Made by a program: the position numbers and the translations under genes
Assembly (NCBI GenBank): GCA_041736705.1
Contig: JBGSTC010000028.1
Location: forward strand, 20,768-84,767
DNA length: 64,000 bases
DNA from: Erysipelotrichaceae bacterium
GTDB taxonomy: Bacteria; Bacillota_I; Bacilli_A; Erysipelotrichales; Erysipelotrichaceae
Direction of reading: 5' to 3'
Shown: positions 21,526-33,000 of the stretch, piece by piece
Numbering within the stretch: position 1 is the first letter of the stretch
How the letters are laid out: every line of letters begins with the position of its first letter
The notes under the pieces: model-generated
The model's input: the letters and a program-made list of their open reading frames with translations, nothing else
Told to the model about the DNA's origin: nothing
Databases searched by the model: none

Positions 21526-22557
21526 ATGGCGAAAAACAAGTTCCACAGCGACGAGGCGCTCCAATCCTTTTGTACACAAATCGGATTGATCTACGATTCC
21601 GGTCTACCGATGGAGGATGGGTTGCGCATGTTGGAAGACACACGCGTCGAAATCGATGTCGATAAACTGGCGCAGAACCTCGGGAAAGCCGGGAAACTTT
21701 CGTCCGCGATGGCGATGGACCCGGGGTTTCCGCCTGAGTTGTTGCATGCGATGGAAGCGGCGGAAACGGTCGGACGCGAAGACAAAGTCGCTTTCAACCT
21801 TGCCAACCACTACAAACGCCAGGCTGAAACGAAACGGTTCCTCAATGACCTCCTCTTCATGCCGGTGTTGCTGCTCTCCGTCCTGATCGTCGTCATGGGG
21901 GTCTTGAGCTATGCGGTTCTTCCCGTCTTCCAGGAAGTCTATGCCAATCTCGGCGGGGTCGACAACGCCTGGACCGATTTACTGTTAAATGCGGCGAAAC
22001 TGGTCTCGGGGGTCGGATTGGGTTTATTGGTGATCGTGTTGGGTTGGCTCTTGATCCACAGCGTACGTTACGGACTCGGATTGGACCATGAAGACCTGAC
22101 GGAAAAGATGCTGCGCTTCTTTCCCCAAAGTAAACGCCTGGCCGACCTTGCCCGTTTCAGTTTCATCGCCCAAGTCCTGCTTGAAGGCGGCGTGGAAGCC
22201 CGTACCGCCCTCAACCTTTCGATCGCCCAGGTTCCCGAGGGAAGGCTATTGGATTCTCTCAAAGACACCGCGACGCAACTCGCTTCCAACGAAGGTCTCT
22301 ACGAACTCATCACCCAAGCCCATATCTATCCGCCTCTGATGCAGAAAACGCTCAGTTTGGCGGCACGTGCGGGGAAAGTGGATCTGATGATGGAAGAAGT
22401 CAGCCGCAAGACGCAAGCCGATGCCGAACATAGCCTGGCGAAGACACTCAACCGGGTCGAACCGATCTTGGTCATCCTCTTGAGCGCGTTTGTCAGCGCG
22501 GTCTTGTTTTCGCTTCTGATTCCGCTTCTGGGCATCATGTCCGTCCTGGGGTCGTAA
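21526..22557 (+). CDS. Type II secretion / type IV pilus platform protein (GspF/PilC/ComGB family)
   Basis: Two T2SSF-like halves, each with a cytoplasmic domain followed by TM segments. RBS aggaggg. Confidence 0.75.
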   Translation: MAKNKFHSDEALQSFCTQIGLIYDSGLPMEDGLRMLEDTRVEIDVDKLAQNLGKAGKLSSAMAMDPGFPPELLHAMEAAETVGREDKVAFNLANHYKRQAETKRFLNDLLFMPVLLLSVLIVVMGVLSYAVLPVFQEVYANLGGVDNAWTDLLLNAAKLVSGVGLGLLVIVLGWLLIHSVRYGLGLDHEDLTEKMLRFFPQSKRLADLARFSFIAQVLLEGGVEARTALNLSIAQVPEGRLLDSLKDTATQLASNEGLYELITQAHIYPPLMQKTLSLAARAGKVDLMMEEVSRKTQADAEHSLAKTLNRVEPILVILLSAFVSAVLFSLLIPLLGIMSVLGS

Positions 22558-22558
22558 C

Positions 22559-22855
22559 ATGAAACGTTTCGTTTGGATCCTGGGATTCATCGCGTTGCTC
22601 TCGCTCGCGATCCCCGCTGCGGATCAACTGAAACAGGGCAATCTGGAAGAGAGACGGGTACGCACCGAAGAAGCCATCCAACGCGCGCTCAATCTTTGCT
22701 ATGCCCAGGAAGGGTTCTATCCCGCGAAACTCGATTACTTGTTGGATAACTACGGAATCGTCGTCGATTTCGAAGACTACAGCGTCTACTATAAAACGAT
22801 CGGTTCGAACATCCGTCCGGATGTCACCGTCTTTTTGAAGGGGGGACTGAGATGA
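22559..22855 (+). CDS. Small N-terminally anchored protein, putative pseudopilin-like component
   Basis: 98 aa with a single N-terminal hydrophobic helix. Operonic with the GspF-like gene. Confidence 0.45.
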   Translation: MKRFVWILGFIALLSLAIPAADQLKQGNLEERRVRTEEAIQRALNLCYAQEGFYPAKLDYLLDNYGIVVDFEDYSVYYKTIGSNIRPDVTVFLKGGLR

Positions 22856-23304
22856 ACCGTCATGGCTATCGCAATCTCTTCATGCTGTTGCTGATCACGC
22901 TCTATGTGGCGGGGACGGGCTTCATCGTGCTTTACGGTGCACGGTTCTACCGCGACATGGTCGCCCGATCTAATGAGAATCTGCAGGTCCGGACCGCGTT
23001 TTCCTACTTCAACAACCGTCTGAAACAAAACGACGAACAAGGGAAAATCGAAGTGCGCGACGATTCGATCCTCGTCTTCAAACAAGAGGATAGTTTCATT
23101 CTGGTGTATGAAGAAGACGGATACTTGGTCGAACAGAACTCGCTCACCGATGAAATCATGGTCGGGGCGTCGCAGAAAATCGCACGGCTACGCGACATTT
23201 CTTTCACTTCGACCGGGAATACCCTCACCGTCACGTTCAGCGACGACCAAGGGGAAGAACACTCGATCACCTATACCCTGATGAGCGAAGGGGTGATCTC
23301 ATGA
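22852..23304 (+). CDS. Small N-terminally anchored protein, putative pseudopilin-like component
   Basis: 150 aa, N-terminal TM (LFMLLLITLYVAGTGFIVLYGA). The start overlaps the previous stop. Confidence 0.45.
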   Translation: MNRHGYRNLFMLLLITLYVAGTGFIVLYGARFYRDMVARSNENLQVRTAFSYFNNRLKQNDEQGKIEVRDDSILVFKQEDSFILVYEEDGYLVEQNSLTDEIMVGASQKIARLRDISFTSTGNTLTVTFSDDQGEEHSITYTLMSEGVIS

Positions 23305-23726
23305 AACAGAAAAGCCTGTATTCCTTTTTCCTGGAAATCGTCTTCAGTCTGATCCTGCTGACGATCGCGACGATCGTCTCGCTGCTTTTATTCGCCAACG
23401 CCGCGAAGATCGACCAAACCAACAACGCGATCACCAAAATCACCAACGAAATGGTGAAATACAGCGAACGGCTACGCTTAAGCGACGATACCTATCTTCT
23501 TACGTTCGAACCCGCCCAAAGTAATGAAAAAGCGTACTTCTTCGGATATGACGCCAACGGGGAACCGGCGAAGGATAAGGTCGTCTATCAACTCGCCGTC
23601 TATATCCAAAGCGACGCCGATGGAAAGCAGACCTTAAGGGACTGCCGCCTGGAACTGGTCGATTTACGTGATGGAAGCATCGTGACGGGTTGGCATGTCT
23701 CGACCTTGACGGAGGCGCAACCATGA
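23301..23726 (+). CDS. Pseudopilin-like protein with a degenerate prepilin-type N-terminus
   Basis: N-terminus MKQKSLYSFFLEIVFSLILLTIA resembles a class-III signal (F-x-L-E-x-hydrophobic) but lacks the canonical G-1. Confidence 0.45.
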   Translation: MKQKSLYSFFLEIVFSLILLTIATIVSLLLFANAAKIDQTNNAITKITNEMVKYSERLRLSDDTYLLTFEPAQSNEKAYFFGYDANGEPAKDKVVYQLAVYIQSDADGKQTLRDCRLELVDLRDGSIVTGWHVSTLTEAQP

Positions 23727-24184
23727 AATCAAGAAGCGTCACTTTGTTTGGTTTGCCGACCTTATTGACGGTCTTCATCGTCATCACCGTACTCAGTTTC
23801 TCCACGCTCAGTCTCTTAAGCGCGAACAGCGACAGAAATGCCTTGCGACGTACGACCGGGCTGATTGCCACATCGTATGCGATTTCGACGATGGCGGAGG
23901 AAAAACTCGCGTCATTGAGCGCCGAACTGTCCGAAATGATGGAAAATGAACCAAATATCGACGAAGTGCTACCGTCTTTCTTGAACAAACATCCGGAAAT
24001 CACGTATAATAGTAAAACAAGAACACTCGCATACACCCTTGAATTATCGATCCTTCGGATGGATGTGAAACTCAAGGTGGACGACACCGGCGACAGTCCG
24101 CGCCTTACGCGCATCTCATACCGAATGACGACAGAAAACGGACAGGATTATTCCGAAAATGGGGATCCGGTTTGGGGAGGGTGA
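23723..24184 (+). CDS. Small N-terminally anchored protein, putative pseudopilin-like component
   Basis: ATG at 23723 overlaps the upstream stop (ATGA). RBS ggagg. N-terminal hydrophobic segment TLFGLPTLLTVFIVITVL. Confidence 0.45.
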   Translation: MKSRSVTLFGLPTLLTVFIVITVLSFSTLSLLSANSDRNALRRTTGLIATSYAISTMAEEKLASLSAELSEMMENEPNIDEVLPSFLNKHPEITYNSKTRTLAYTLELSILRMDVKLKVDDTGDSPRLTRISYRMTTENGQDYSENGDPVWGG

Positions 24185-24185
24185 C

Positions 24186-25253
24186 ATGAAGATCCAAGAA
24201 CTAGTGGCGGTCGCGATGGACAACAAGGCTTCGGACATTTTTATCGTAGCCGGCTGCCCGCTCTCCATCAAAGTCAACAATGAATTACGCAGGGTCGACG
24301 ACATCAACCTGAAACGGGAAGAGACCGAGCAGTTGGTCGATGAGATCTACGCCTTAAGCCTGCACCATACCAAAGCCAACCTGACGGTCAAAGGGGATGA
24401 CGATTTCTCGTTCGCGATCCCCAACGTCGCGCGGTTTCGGGTCAATGTCTTCATGCAGCGGGGTTCGATGGCGGCGGTGTTGCGCATCGTACGCTTCGAC
24501 ATCCCCTCGGCCAAGGAACTATCGATCCCCGAGGAAATCCTGAAGTTTTCCCGTATCAACAAAGGCTTGGTCATCATCAGCGGTCCTGCCGGAAGCGGGA
24601 AGTCCTCGACGCTTGCGGTCTTGCTTGACGAGATCAACCGTAGCCGTCACGCCCACATCGTGACCTTGGAAGACCCGATCGAATACCTGCATCGTCATAA
24701 CTTAAGCATCGTATCCCAACGCGAGATTTCCTCGGATTGCGAAAGCACAGCGTCCGCTCTGCGCGCCGCCTTGCGGCAAGCCCCCGACGTCCTCTTCATC
24801 GGGGAAATGCGGGACTTGGAAACGATCTCCTTGGCGATGACCGCGGCCGAAACTGGCCACCTGGTCTTCTCCACCTTACATACCCTGGGTGCCGCCAACA
24901 CGGTTGACCGCATCGTCGACGTGTTCCCGCCCCTTCAGCAGCAGCAAGTCCGCGTCCAGTTGTCGATGGTATTGCAAGCCGTCATTTCCCAACAATTGTT
25001 GCGTACGAAGGAAGGCAGTCTGCTTCCCGTCTTTGAAATCATGACCAACGCCACCGCGATCCGCAACCAGATCCGCGAAGGCAAGACCCATCAGCTCAAC
25101 AACACCATCGTCGCCTCCAGCGATGAAGGCATGGTCTCGATGGATAGCATGATTTTGGATTTGGTGAAGAAAAACATCGTCGAAGAATCCGAAGCGCTGT
25201 CACATAGTTTCGATCCTGCGATCATGAAGAAACGCATCAAAGAGATGCGCTAA
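24186..25253 (+). CDS. pilT: PilT/PilU-family type IV pilus (twitching-motility-type) ATPase
   Basis: Walker A GPAGSGKSST, Asp box, His box and the PilT-type AIRNQIREGKTHQL signature. About 355 aa. RBS ggagggtg. Confidence 0.8.
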   Translation: MKIQELVAVAMDNKASDIFIVAGCPLSIKVNNELRRVDDINLKREETEQLVDEIYALSLHHTKANLTVKGDDDFSFAIPNVARFRVNVFMQRGSMAAVLRIVRFDIPSAKELSIPEEILKFSRINKGLVIISGPAGSGKSSTLAVLLDEINRSRHAHIVTLEDPIEYLHRHNLSIVSQREISSDCESTASALRAALRQAPDVLFIGEMRDLETISLAMTAAETGHLVFSTLHTLGAANTVDRIVDVFPPLQQQQVRVQLSMVLQAVISQQLLRTKEGSLLPVFEIMTNATAIRNQIREGKTHQLNNTIVASSDEGMVSMDSMILDLVKKNIVEESEALSHSFDPAIMKKRIKEMR

Positions 25254-25267
25254 AGGGGGAGTGACTC

Positions 25268-26464
25268 TTGAGCTCGAAAGACCGTCCATTAATCGTTCGA
25301 ATGTTTGGCGAACTGGGTTTTTCGTTTGACGTCAAGAAGGTCGACCTCAAAGAAAAACTTGGCAAACATTTGATGTTGCTGCTGGAATACCTGATCTACC
25401 ACCGCGACCAGAACGTATCGAAAGAGAAATTGATCGAGAATCTCTGGAGCGATAGTATGAACCCGGCCAGCGCATTGAAGTTCTCGGTCTTTCGACTGCG
25501 CCAGTTATTGGACGAGATCGACGAATTGACTGGGGTTGAATGCATCAAGACCACCAAGAACGGCTACGCCTTCAACCCGGATATGCCGCTTTGGGTGGAT
25601 ACCGAAGAAGCCGAAGCCATCTGGAAACAGATCAACGACGAGAATGTTACTCGGGCAGAGAAACAAGAGTTGATGAAGAAAGTCATCGACTTGATTCCCC
25701 AACCTTTTCTGAGTTCCAGCACCGCGCAGTTATGGACCTTGCCGGTCAGGGAATATTTCACACACATTTACAACCGATGTGTCCTGATGTATCTTGAGGA
25801 GTTGGAAATTGATCGGAAATACGACGAGATGATGAACACTTCCCAAATCGCTTTACGGATGGACCCATACAATGAAGAGTTTCATTATTATTACATACTG
25901 GCATTGATCGAAACGAAACAGTACCGTAAAGCGATCGAATATTATGAAAGCATCAATCGTCGTTTCTACAAGGAATACAACGCACAGTTGTCTTTGCGCA
26001 CTAAATCCCTCTACAACATGATCCTTTCCCGTGAGGAAGTCAGCAATATCGGGATGGGGGAGCTATTGGAAACCCTGCAGGAAAACAAGGAAGTCGAAGG
26101 CGCATTCTATTGCGAGCATGAAGTGTTCAAGCGAATGTATCAGATTGCCTTGCGTACGGAAGAAAGATCTGACGAAAAGAGTTACGTTTTATTACTGGAA
26201 GTGAAAACCGAAGAGAACGACTTGACTTTGCAGAAAACGATGGAAAGACTGCGCGGTATCATCAACCAATCCTTACGTAAGGGGGATATCTTTTCAAGGA
26301 TGAACCCAACTCAATTCATCCTATTGCTTCCGTGCAAGAACGAAGAGAACGCGCACACGATCGCCAATCGTATCCGCACCTCCTTCCACAAACACAACAC
26401 TTCCGAAACGATTAAGCTCCACTACCATGTTTCTCCGCTTCACAAGGAAGTTGGAACCGTATAA
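25268..26464 (+). CDS. Transcriptional regulator: OmpR/SARP-type winged helix plus BTAD/TPR-like region plus a degenerate (inactive) GGDEF-like C-terminal domain
   Basis: The N-terminus (…LLLEYLIYHRDQNVSKEKLIENLWSD…) matches the SARP/AfsR DNA-binding domain. The C-terminus (IFSRMNPTQFILLLPCKNEENAHTIANRIRTSF) aligns with the GGDEF core (RxGGDEFxxLLP…A..iR) but GGDEF is replaced by NPTQF. TTG start with RBS aaaggggga. Confidence 0.65.
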   Translation: MSSKDRPLIVRMFGELGFSFDVKKVDLKEKLGKHLMLLLEYLIYHRDQNVSKEKLIENLWSDSMNPASALKFSVFRLRQLLDEIDELTGVECIKTTKNGYAFNPDMPLWVDTEEAEAIWKQINDENVTRAEKQELMKKVIDLIPQPFLSSSTAQLWTLPVREYFTHIYNRCVLMYLEELEIDRKYDEMMNTSQIALRMDPYNEEFHYYYILALIETKQYRKAIEYYESINRRFYKEYNAQLSLRTKSLYNMILSREEVSNIGMGELLETLQENKEVEGAFYCEHEVFKRMYQIALRTEERSDEKSYVLLLEVKTEENDLTLQKTMERLRGIINQSLRKGDIFSRMNPTQFILLLPCKNEENAHTIANRIRTSFHKHNTSETIKLHYHVSPLHKEVGTV

Positions 26465-26519
26465 AACACGATAAATGAATCTTTTTCCAAAAGATATCCT
26501 AAATCTAACCGACCACTAA

Positions 26520-26560
26520 CCGACGTACTTGATAATTGAATCAAGAAGTCGGTTTTTTAT
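26520..26560 (+). terminator. Strong rho-independent terminator after the regulator gene
   Basis: Long hairpin ccgacgtacttgat-aattga-atcaagaagtcgg followed by ttttttat. Confidence 0.7.
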
Positions 26561-26578
26561 CTATGAAAGGGGCGGCCT

Positions 26579-27028
26579 ATGCGCAAACATCTCGGATTGT
26601 TGTCGAAAAGCGCGCTAGTCTTCACACTTCCCGCCTTCATGGTATATGATCCCAACGGGATGTGGACCTGGCTGACCTCGGCGCTTTTGATCGGTGTTCT
26701 CTATTTCATCCTATCCCGCCATCGAAAAGAAGTTCGTGCGGTGGTGGATAAGGTTGAAAGAATGCCTGATGGCACCTATTTAGTGACATGGGGGTATATC
26801 AACCCAACTTCCGAACCTGTAAAAGTACAGAACGGGGAAAGTTGTTTACTTGTCAAAGGCGGAACGGCACTCTTGTTATCAAGAGAGATACCGAAGCATT
26901 TTGCTACAGGTCGACATCGGAATGTCATACAAACCATTATTTTAGGAGAAACTTCAGTTGAGTGGATCATCGGAAGTCAAAGGACTTCCAGTAGAGATTT
27001 TGCATCGATTCGATATGAATCGATGTGA
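26579..27028 (+). CDS. Small single-pass membrane protein, paralog of the cytoplasmic anchor domain of the downstream giant adhesin
   Basis: A TM helix (WTWLTSALLIGVLYFIL) is followed by R.R.EV..VV…PDGTxxxTWGY..P…GRHxN…W.I, which aligns with adhesin residues after its C-terminal TM. RBS gaaagggg. Confidence 0.7.
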   Translation: MRKHLGLLSKSALVFTLPAFMVYDPNGMWTWLTSALLIGVLYFILSRHRKEVRAVVDKVERMPDGTYLVTWGYINPTSEPVKVQNGESCLLVKGGTALLLSREIPKHFATGRHRNVIQTIILGETSVEWIIGSQRTSSRDFASIRYESM

Positions 27029-27042
27029 GAAAGGAGAGTACT

Positions 27043-30000
27043 ATGCATCATTTCAAGAAGTTTGCTAATCGTGTATTGAGAATCATGCTTGTCTTCGGAT
27101 TCGCATTGTCGACGATGTCTTTTCCAAGTAGTCGAGTTGTTGCTTTGGATCCACTTCCTCCGGGAACCGTAACGGTTAATAAAACCGCGGCGAGTCTAGG
27201 CGGAGGGTTTTATGAGATCACCCTCACCATAACCGGTGTCCCTGTCGTAAAGGCAAGCGATATCGTTTTGGTCATGGACACCTCCGGAAGTATGTCGAGT
27301 GCGAAGATGAATGCGATGAAGACTGCGGCGAAAAACTTCGTGGATACGATTATCGCCCGTGACGAAGGTCATCGCATCGCAATCATTCGTTTCTCCACAA
27401 GCCCAAGCCTAGTCATGGACTTCTCCCAAAATGCAGCGTCATTGAAAAGTGCAATCGATGGCTTAAGTGCTAATGGGTATACGCATCTCGAGGGCGGTGT
27501 GTATCAAGCACGTTTATTATTGGATTCCGCATCCTCGATCGCATCCAATTCAAATGCGATCGTCGTTCTCGGTGACGGATTCCCGACCCGTGGATATGAT
27601 TTCGACCCGCAATACGTGGGTCCGCTAGATTACGAAATCCGATCAAACGGAAATTGTCGTGTTACCGTCTCGAATGCTAATCGTGACAATCCGTTAAACT
27701 ACACGGGTCGTTACAATTTTGACTATTCTGAAAGTATCTATACTGTCGACACAGACTCGATCTGGGTTGAAAAATCGTTTACCGTTGGGGGCACATGCTC
27801 AAACGGGGATTATGACGATTATGATTTTAATGCCGAATTCTCTTTAGCTGATTCGGTATTATGGCAAGGACAGCAAGCACAAGCCGCCGGAGCGACGATT
27901 TACTCCATCGGTTTGAATGTCGATGCTACCGGCCAACAAATCTTGAGTAGTATCGCAAATGGTGGCTATTATAATGGCAATACCGGGAATCTCGATGCGA
28001 TCTACGATCAGATCGCCTCACAGATCATCAATGCCGGTACCGATGCAGTCATGAACGATAAAATGGGGAGTGCGTTCACATTCCAAAACATTTCGCCGGG
28101 ATATGAGTTGCTTGATATCGTCTATGATCCGGCGACGGAAGTGATGACTTGGGATGTCGGTACGATTGGATCGGAACCCATGGTTGTCAAATACATCATC
28201 AAAATCGATGATGGTTTGCCTACGGGCTATTATCCGACCAATGAATATGCAGAACTGTCATATACGAATATTGAAGGTGACCCGCATGGGGAAGAATTCC
28301 CGAAGCCCATCATCGAGCATATCGTTATCGATGACAATGATGCTCCGGTCTCTATGGATGACACATATGACGTGGACGAAGACGGTAATCTGGTTGTCGT
28401 CAACCCTAACGGTGTCTTATCCAATGATACGGATGCTGACGGCGATTCGTTGACAACTGTTCTGGTTGATGATGTTGACCACGGCACCTTGACGTTGAAT
28501 GCCGATGGAACATTCACCTATGTTCCCGACGCGAACTTCAACGGAGCGGATTCGTTTACATATAAAGCCAATGACTCTCAAGAAGATTCGAATATCGCAA
28601 CGGTCACCATCACGGTTAATCCTGAAAACGATGCACCGGTTGCGAATGACGATGAATATTCCACAGAAGAAGAAGCGCTTCTAACCATTCCGGCGACAGG
28701 CGTTCTTGGGAATGATACGGATCTCGATGGCAATACACTGACAGCGATTGTAGTTGTTGATGTCGCGCACGGTGTCCTCACATTGAACCCGGATGGATCC
28801 TTCACATATTTGCCGGAATTGAATTTTGTCGGCACGGATAGTTTCACCTATAAAGCCAACGATGGTACGTTGGATTCGAATACTGCGAAAGTAATGATTA
28901 CGGTTGGCGCCGCCAATGACGCCCCGATTGCTGTTGCGGATGATTATGAAGTCAATGAAGACAACACGTTGGTCGTCATCGATCCCAATGGCGTTCTAGC
29001 CAATGATTCGGATGTAGATGGCGATGTATTGACTGCCATTCTGGTTGATGATGTCGATCACGGTACATTGACGCTGAATACCGATGGAACATTCACCTAT
29101 GTTCCCAACGCGAACTACAATGGAACGGATACATTTACGTATCAAGCAAACGATTCAACAGCGAATTCCAATGTCGTTACCGTCACGATCGCGATTAAAC
29201 CGATCAATGACGCTCCTGTCGCGGTTGATAATGAATATGATACGGATGAAGATGTTACCTTGAACGTCATCGCACCCAACGGCGTACTTACCAATGATTC
29301 GGATGTAGATGGCGACGTGTTGACTGCCGTTCTCGTTGATGATGTTGATCACGGCACATTGACGTTGAATGCCGACGGAACACTCACCTATGTTCCCAAT
29401 GCGAATTATCACGGAAACGATAGTTTCACTTATAAAGCCTACGATGGTACCGCCGAATCGAATCTAGTGACGGTTACCATTACCGTTCATCCTGTAAACG
29501 ATGCACCAATTGCAAACGTGGATGAATATGAAGTGGATGAAGATAGTAGTCTAGTCGTGATTGACCCGAACGGCGTCCTTGAAAATGATACGGATGCCGA
29601 AGGGGATTCGCTCACGGCAGTCTTAGTTGACGATGTCACCCATGGTACGTTGACGCTGAATTCCGACGGAACATTTACCTATGCTCCGGATGCGGACTTC
29701 CACGGAACGGATACCTTCACCTACAAAGCCAACGATGGATCATTGGACTCAATTGCGACTACGGTCACGATTATCGTACGTCCAATCAATGATCCGCCAG
29801 TAGCAATCACGGATACATATGAAACCGACGAAGATGTAACGCTGAATATCCCTGCGCCTGGTCTTCTCGGAAACGATTATGACATCGATTCTCCGAGTAT
29901 CAGCGTCTATGGTTATGCTTGGAACAGTTTCCAAGGAACACCCAATATCAATCCTGATGGTTCCTTCAGCTTTGTTCCTTACCCCGATTTCGTCGGAACC

Positions 30001-33000
30001 GCATCGATAACCTACTATATTACCGATGGTAATGGAGGGACCGCTTCTGTCGCGATCTCGATCATCGTTAAGCCGATCAACGATGCACCTGTCGCCAATA
30101 ACGACGAGTATTCCACCGATGAAGATGAATTATTGACTGTACCGGCTCTTGGAGTCCTTGGGAACGATACGGACATTGAAGGAAATCTGTTGACCGCGAT
30201 TGTCGTCGTCGGACCTCTCCATGGCGAACTCTTCTTGAACGCCGATGGATCCTTCACCTATCTCCCGGATGCGAACTTCCAGGGAAGCGACTCATTCACC
30301 TATAAAGCGAATGATGGCAGCCTTGATTCCAATGTTGCGACCGTAACCATCAATGTCGGTGCTGTCAATGATGCCCCGGTTGCCGTTGAAGATGATTATG
30401 ATGTTGATGAAGATGGTAGCTTAGTCGTCATCGATCCCAATGGTGTCCTGTCCAACGATTCGGACCCTGACGGAGATTCATTGACGGCGGTCTTGGTTCT
30501 GGACGTTGAACACGGAACGTTGACATTGAATCCTGATGGAACGTTCACGTATACACCGGATGCGAATTTCCACGGTACCGATAGTTTCACGTACCAAGCC
30601 AATGATGGTGATTCTGATTCGAACGTCGTTACGGTGACTATCACGGTCAATCCGGTGAACGATGCTCCGGTCGCCGTCGAAGACATGTATAGTGTCGATG
30701 AAGACGAAACGTTGACCGTTGTGGACCCCGATGGCGTTTTAGCGAACGATACGGATCTCGATGGCGACGCGTTGAATGCAGTCTTGGTTATGGATGTCCA
30801 ACATGGAACCTTGACCTTGAATCCTGACGGAACGTTCACATATGTTCCTGCGGCGGATTTCAACGGAACGGATTCCTTCACCTACAAAGCGAATGATGGC
30901 GATGTAGATTCCAACGTTGTGACGGTGACCATCACGGTCGATGCCGTTAATGACGGACCTTCCGCTACAGACGATGCCTACGATATTAATGAAGACGGTG
31001 CCTTGATCGTTGTGGATCCTAACGGCATACTAGCCAACGATTCGGATCTCGATGGTGATATGCTAACTGCGATCTTGGATACCAATGTTCAACACGGAAC
31101 CTTAACCTTGAATGCAGACGGAACGTTCACCTACATTCCGGAAGCAAACTTCTATGGTACGGATTCCTTCACTTATAAAGCCTATGATGGTACGATGGAT
31201 TCCACTATCGCGACCGTAACGATTACCGTAAATCCGGTAAACGATCCTCCGGTTGCGAACAATGATTACTATGTAACGGATGAAGATACTCCGATCACCA
31301 TCCCGGCGCCTGGCTTCTATGCCAACGACGTCGACCCCGACAACGCGATTTACCATAACATTTATAACTACGTGAATGTCGCTGGTTATCTTGATGCCCC
31401 GTTTGGCGGCGGCGGAACCTTCACCTATACCCCGGCTGCGAATTTCACCGGAACCGCCTCGTTCTTCTATGGAATAAGTGATGGTCAATACTCTTCGCAA
31501 GCGTACATCTACATCACGGTTCACCCGGTCAACGATGGACCTGCAGCCCAAGATGATGAGTATACCATCGATGAAGACACTGTGCTAAGCGTTCCTGCTG
31601 CCGGTGTCATGGAAAACGATTCCGACGTCGACGGACCTTCGCTGAATGTATCCCTGTTGAGCGATGTCTCCAACGGTACCTTGGTCTTGAATCCGGACGG
31701 ATCCTTCGAATATACCCCGGATGCGAATTTCAACGGTGTCGATTCCTTCATATACTCCTTAACCGACGGAACGCTGACAACTAACGCTACCGTAACGATC
31801 ACGGTCAACCCGATCAACGATGCGCCGGTCGCCGAAGACGATGCCTACTCCACCAACGAAGACGTACAATTGGTCATCGCCGCCCCGGGTATCCTGGGCA
31901 ACGATGTCGATGTCGACTCGATCTTCTCGATCGAAGACCATGGACAACCTGCCAACGGCACGGTCGTCGTACAACCTGACGGATCCTTCATCTATACTCC
32001 GAATGCGAACTTCAACGGCGTCGATTCCTTCGTTTATGGAATCACCGATGGAGAAAACACCGACACCGCGACGGTTACGATCACGGTAAACCCGATCAAC
32101 GATGTTCCGAGTGCCGATAATAAGACGTTGACCGTTGCCGAAGGCGGCGCGGGAAATGGCTTGTTCACCGGTTTGGATGGCGACGGAGATGTCTTGACCT
32201 TCAAGATCCTTACCCAACCGGTCAACGGTACGGTCAGCTTCAATGCGACCACCGGAGCCTTCACCTACACGCATAACGGTGGCGAAACCACCAGCGATAC
32301 CTTCACCTACGCCGTCAACGACGGAAAAGTGGATTCCGCTGCCGCAACCGTAGCCATCACCGTAACCCCGGTCAACGATGCCCCGACCGCCGCTGGCGCG
32401 ACGTACACCGTCCAGATCGGATCCGTATTCAGCCGTAACTTCATCCGCGGCGACGCCGATGGCGACCCGCTCACCATCAGTATCGTCAATGGACCGGACC
32501 GCGGCGCAGTCTCCATCGTCGGTGGACAGTTCACCTACACCCACGACGGCGTAACGCTCGACAGTGATACCTTCACCTTCCGCGTCTATGACGGACAAGC
32601 CTACTCGCCAATCCGTACAATCCGTGTCAACTTCACCGCGCTGCCCTTTGAAAACACCGCTCCTGAAGTAACCAATGCCGAATTCGAAACCGAATTCGAA
32701 ACCCCTCTTGATGAGACGTTAGGTGATTTGGGAAGTGATTTCGATGATGATGACTTAACCTTCACCTTAGTCACACAACCTGCACACGGAACCGTAACGC
32801 TGAATGCCGATGGCACCTTCCGCTACGTCCCCGACAACGACTATGAAGGCGATGATAGCTTTACCTACAAGGCGAACGACGGTACCGACGATTCCAACAT
32901 CGCGACCGTGACGATCACCGTCGGCGAAGAAATCATCGTCGATCCGGAACCGACACCTGAGGCGACCTTGCCGTGGTGGTGGTTGCTTGGTTTACTCCCG

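Noticed and set aside
28330-32925. Possible CRISPR-like periodic repeat signal
   Set aside because: The periodicity is ~285 bp and in-frame inside one long ORF, which is protein repeats, not 25-40-bp direct repeats with unique spacers. No CRISPR array or cas genes are present anywhere in the window.
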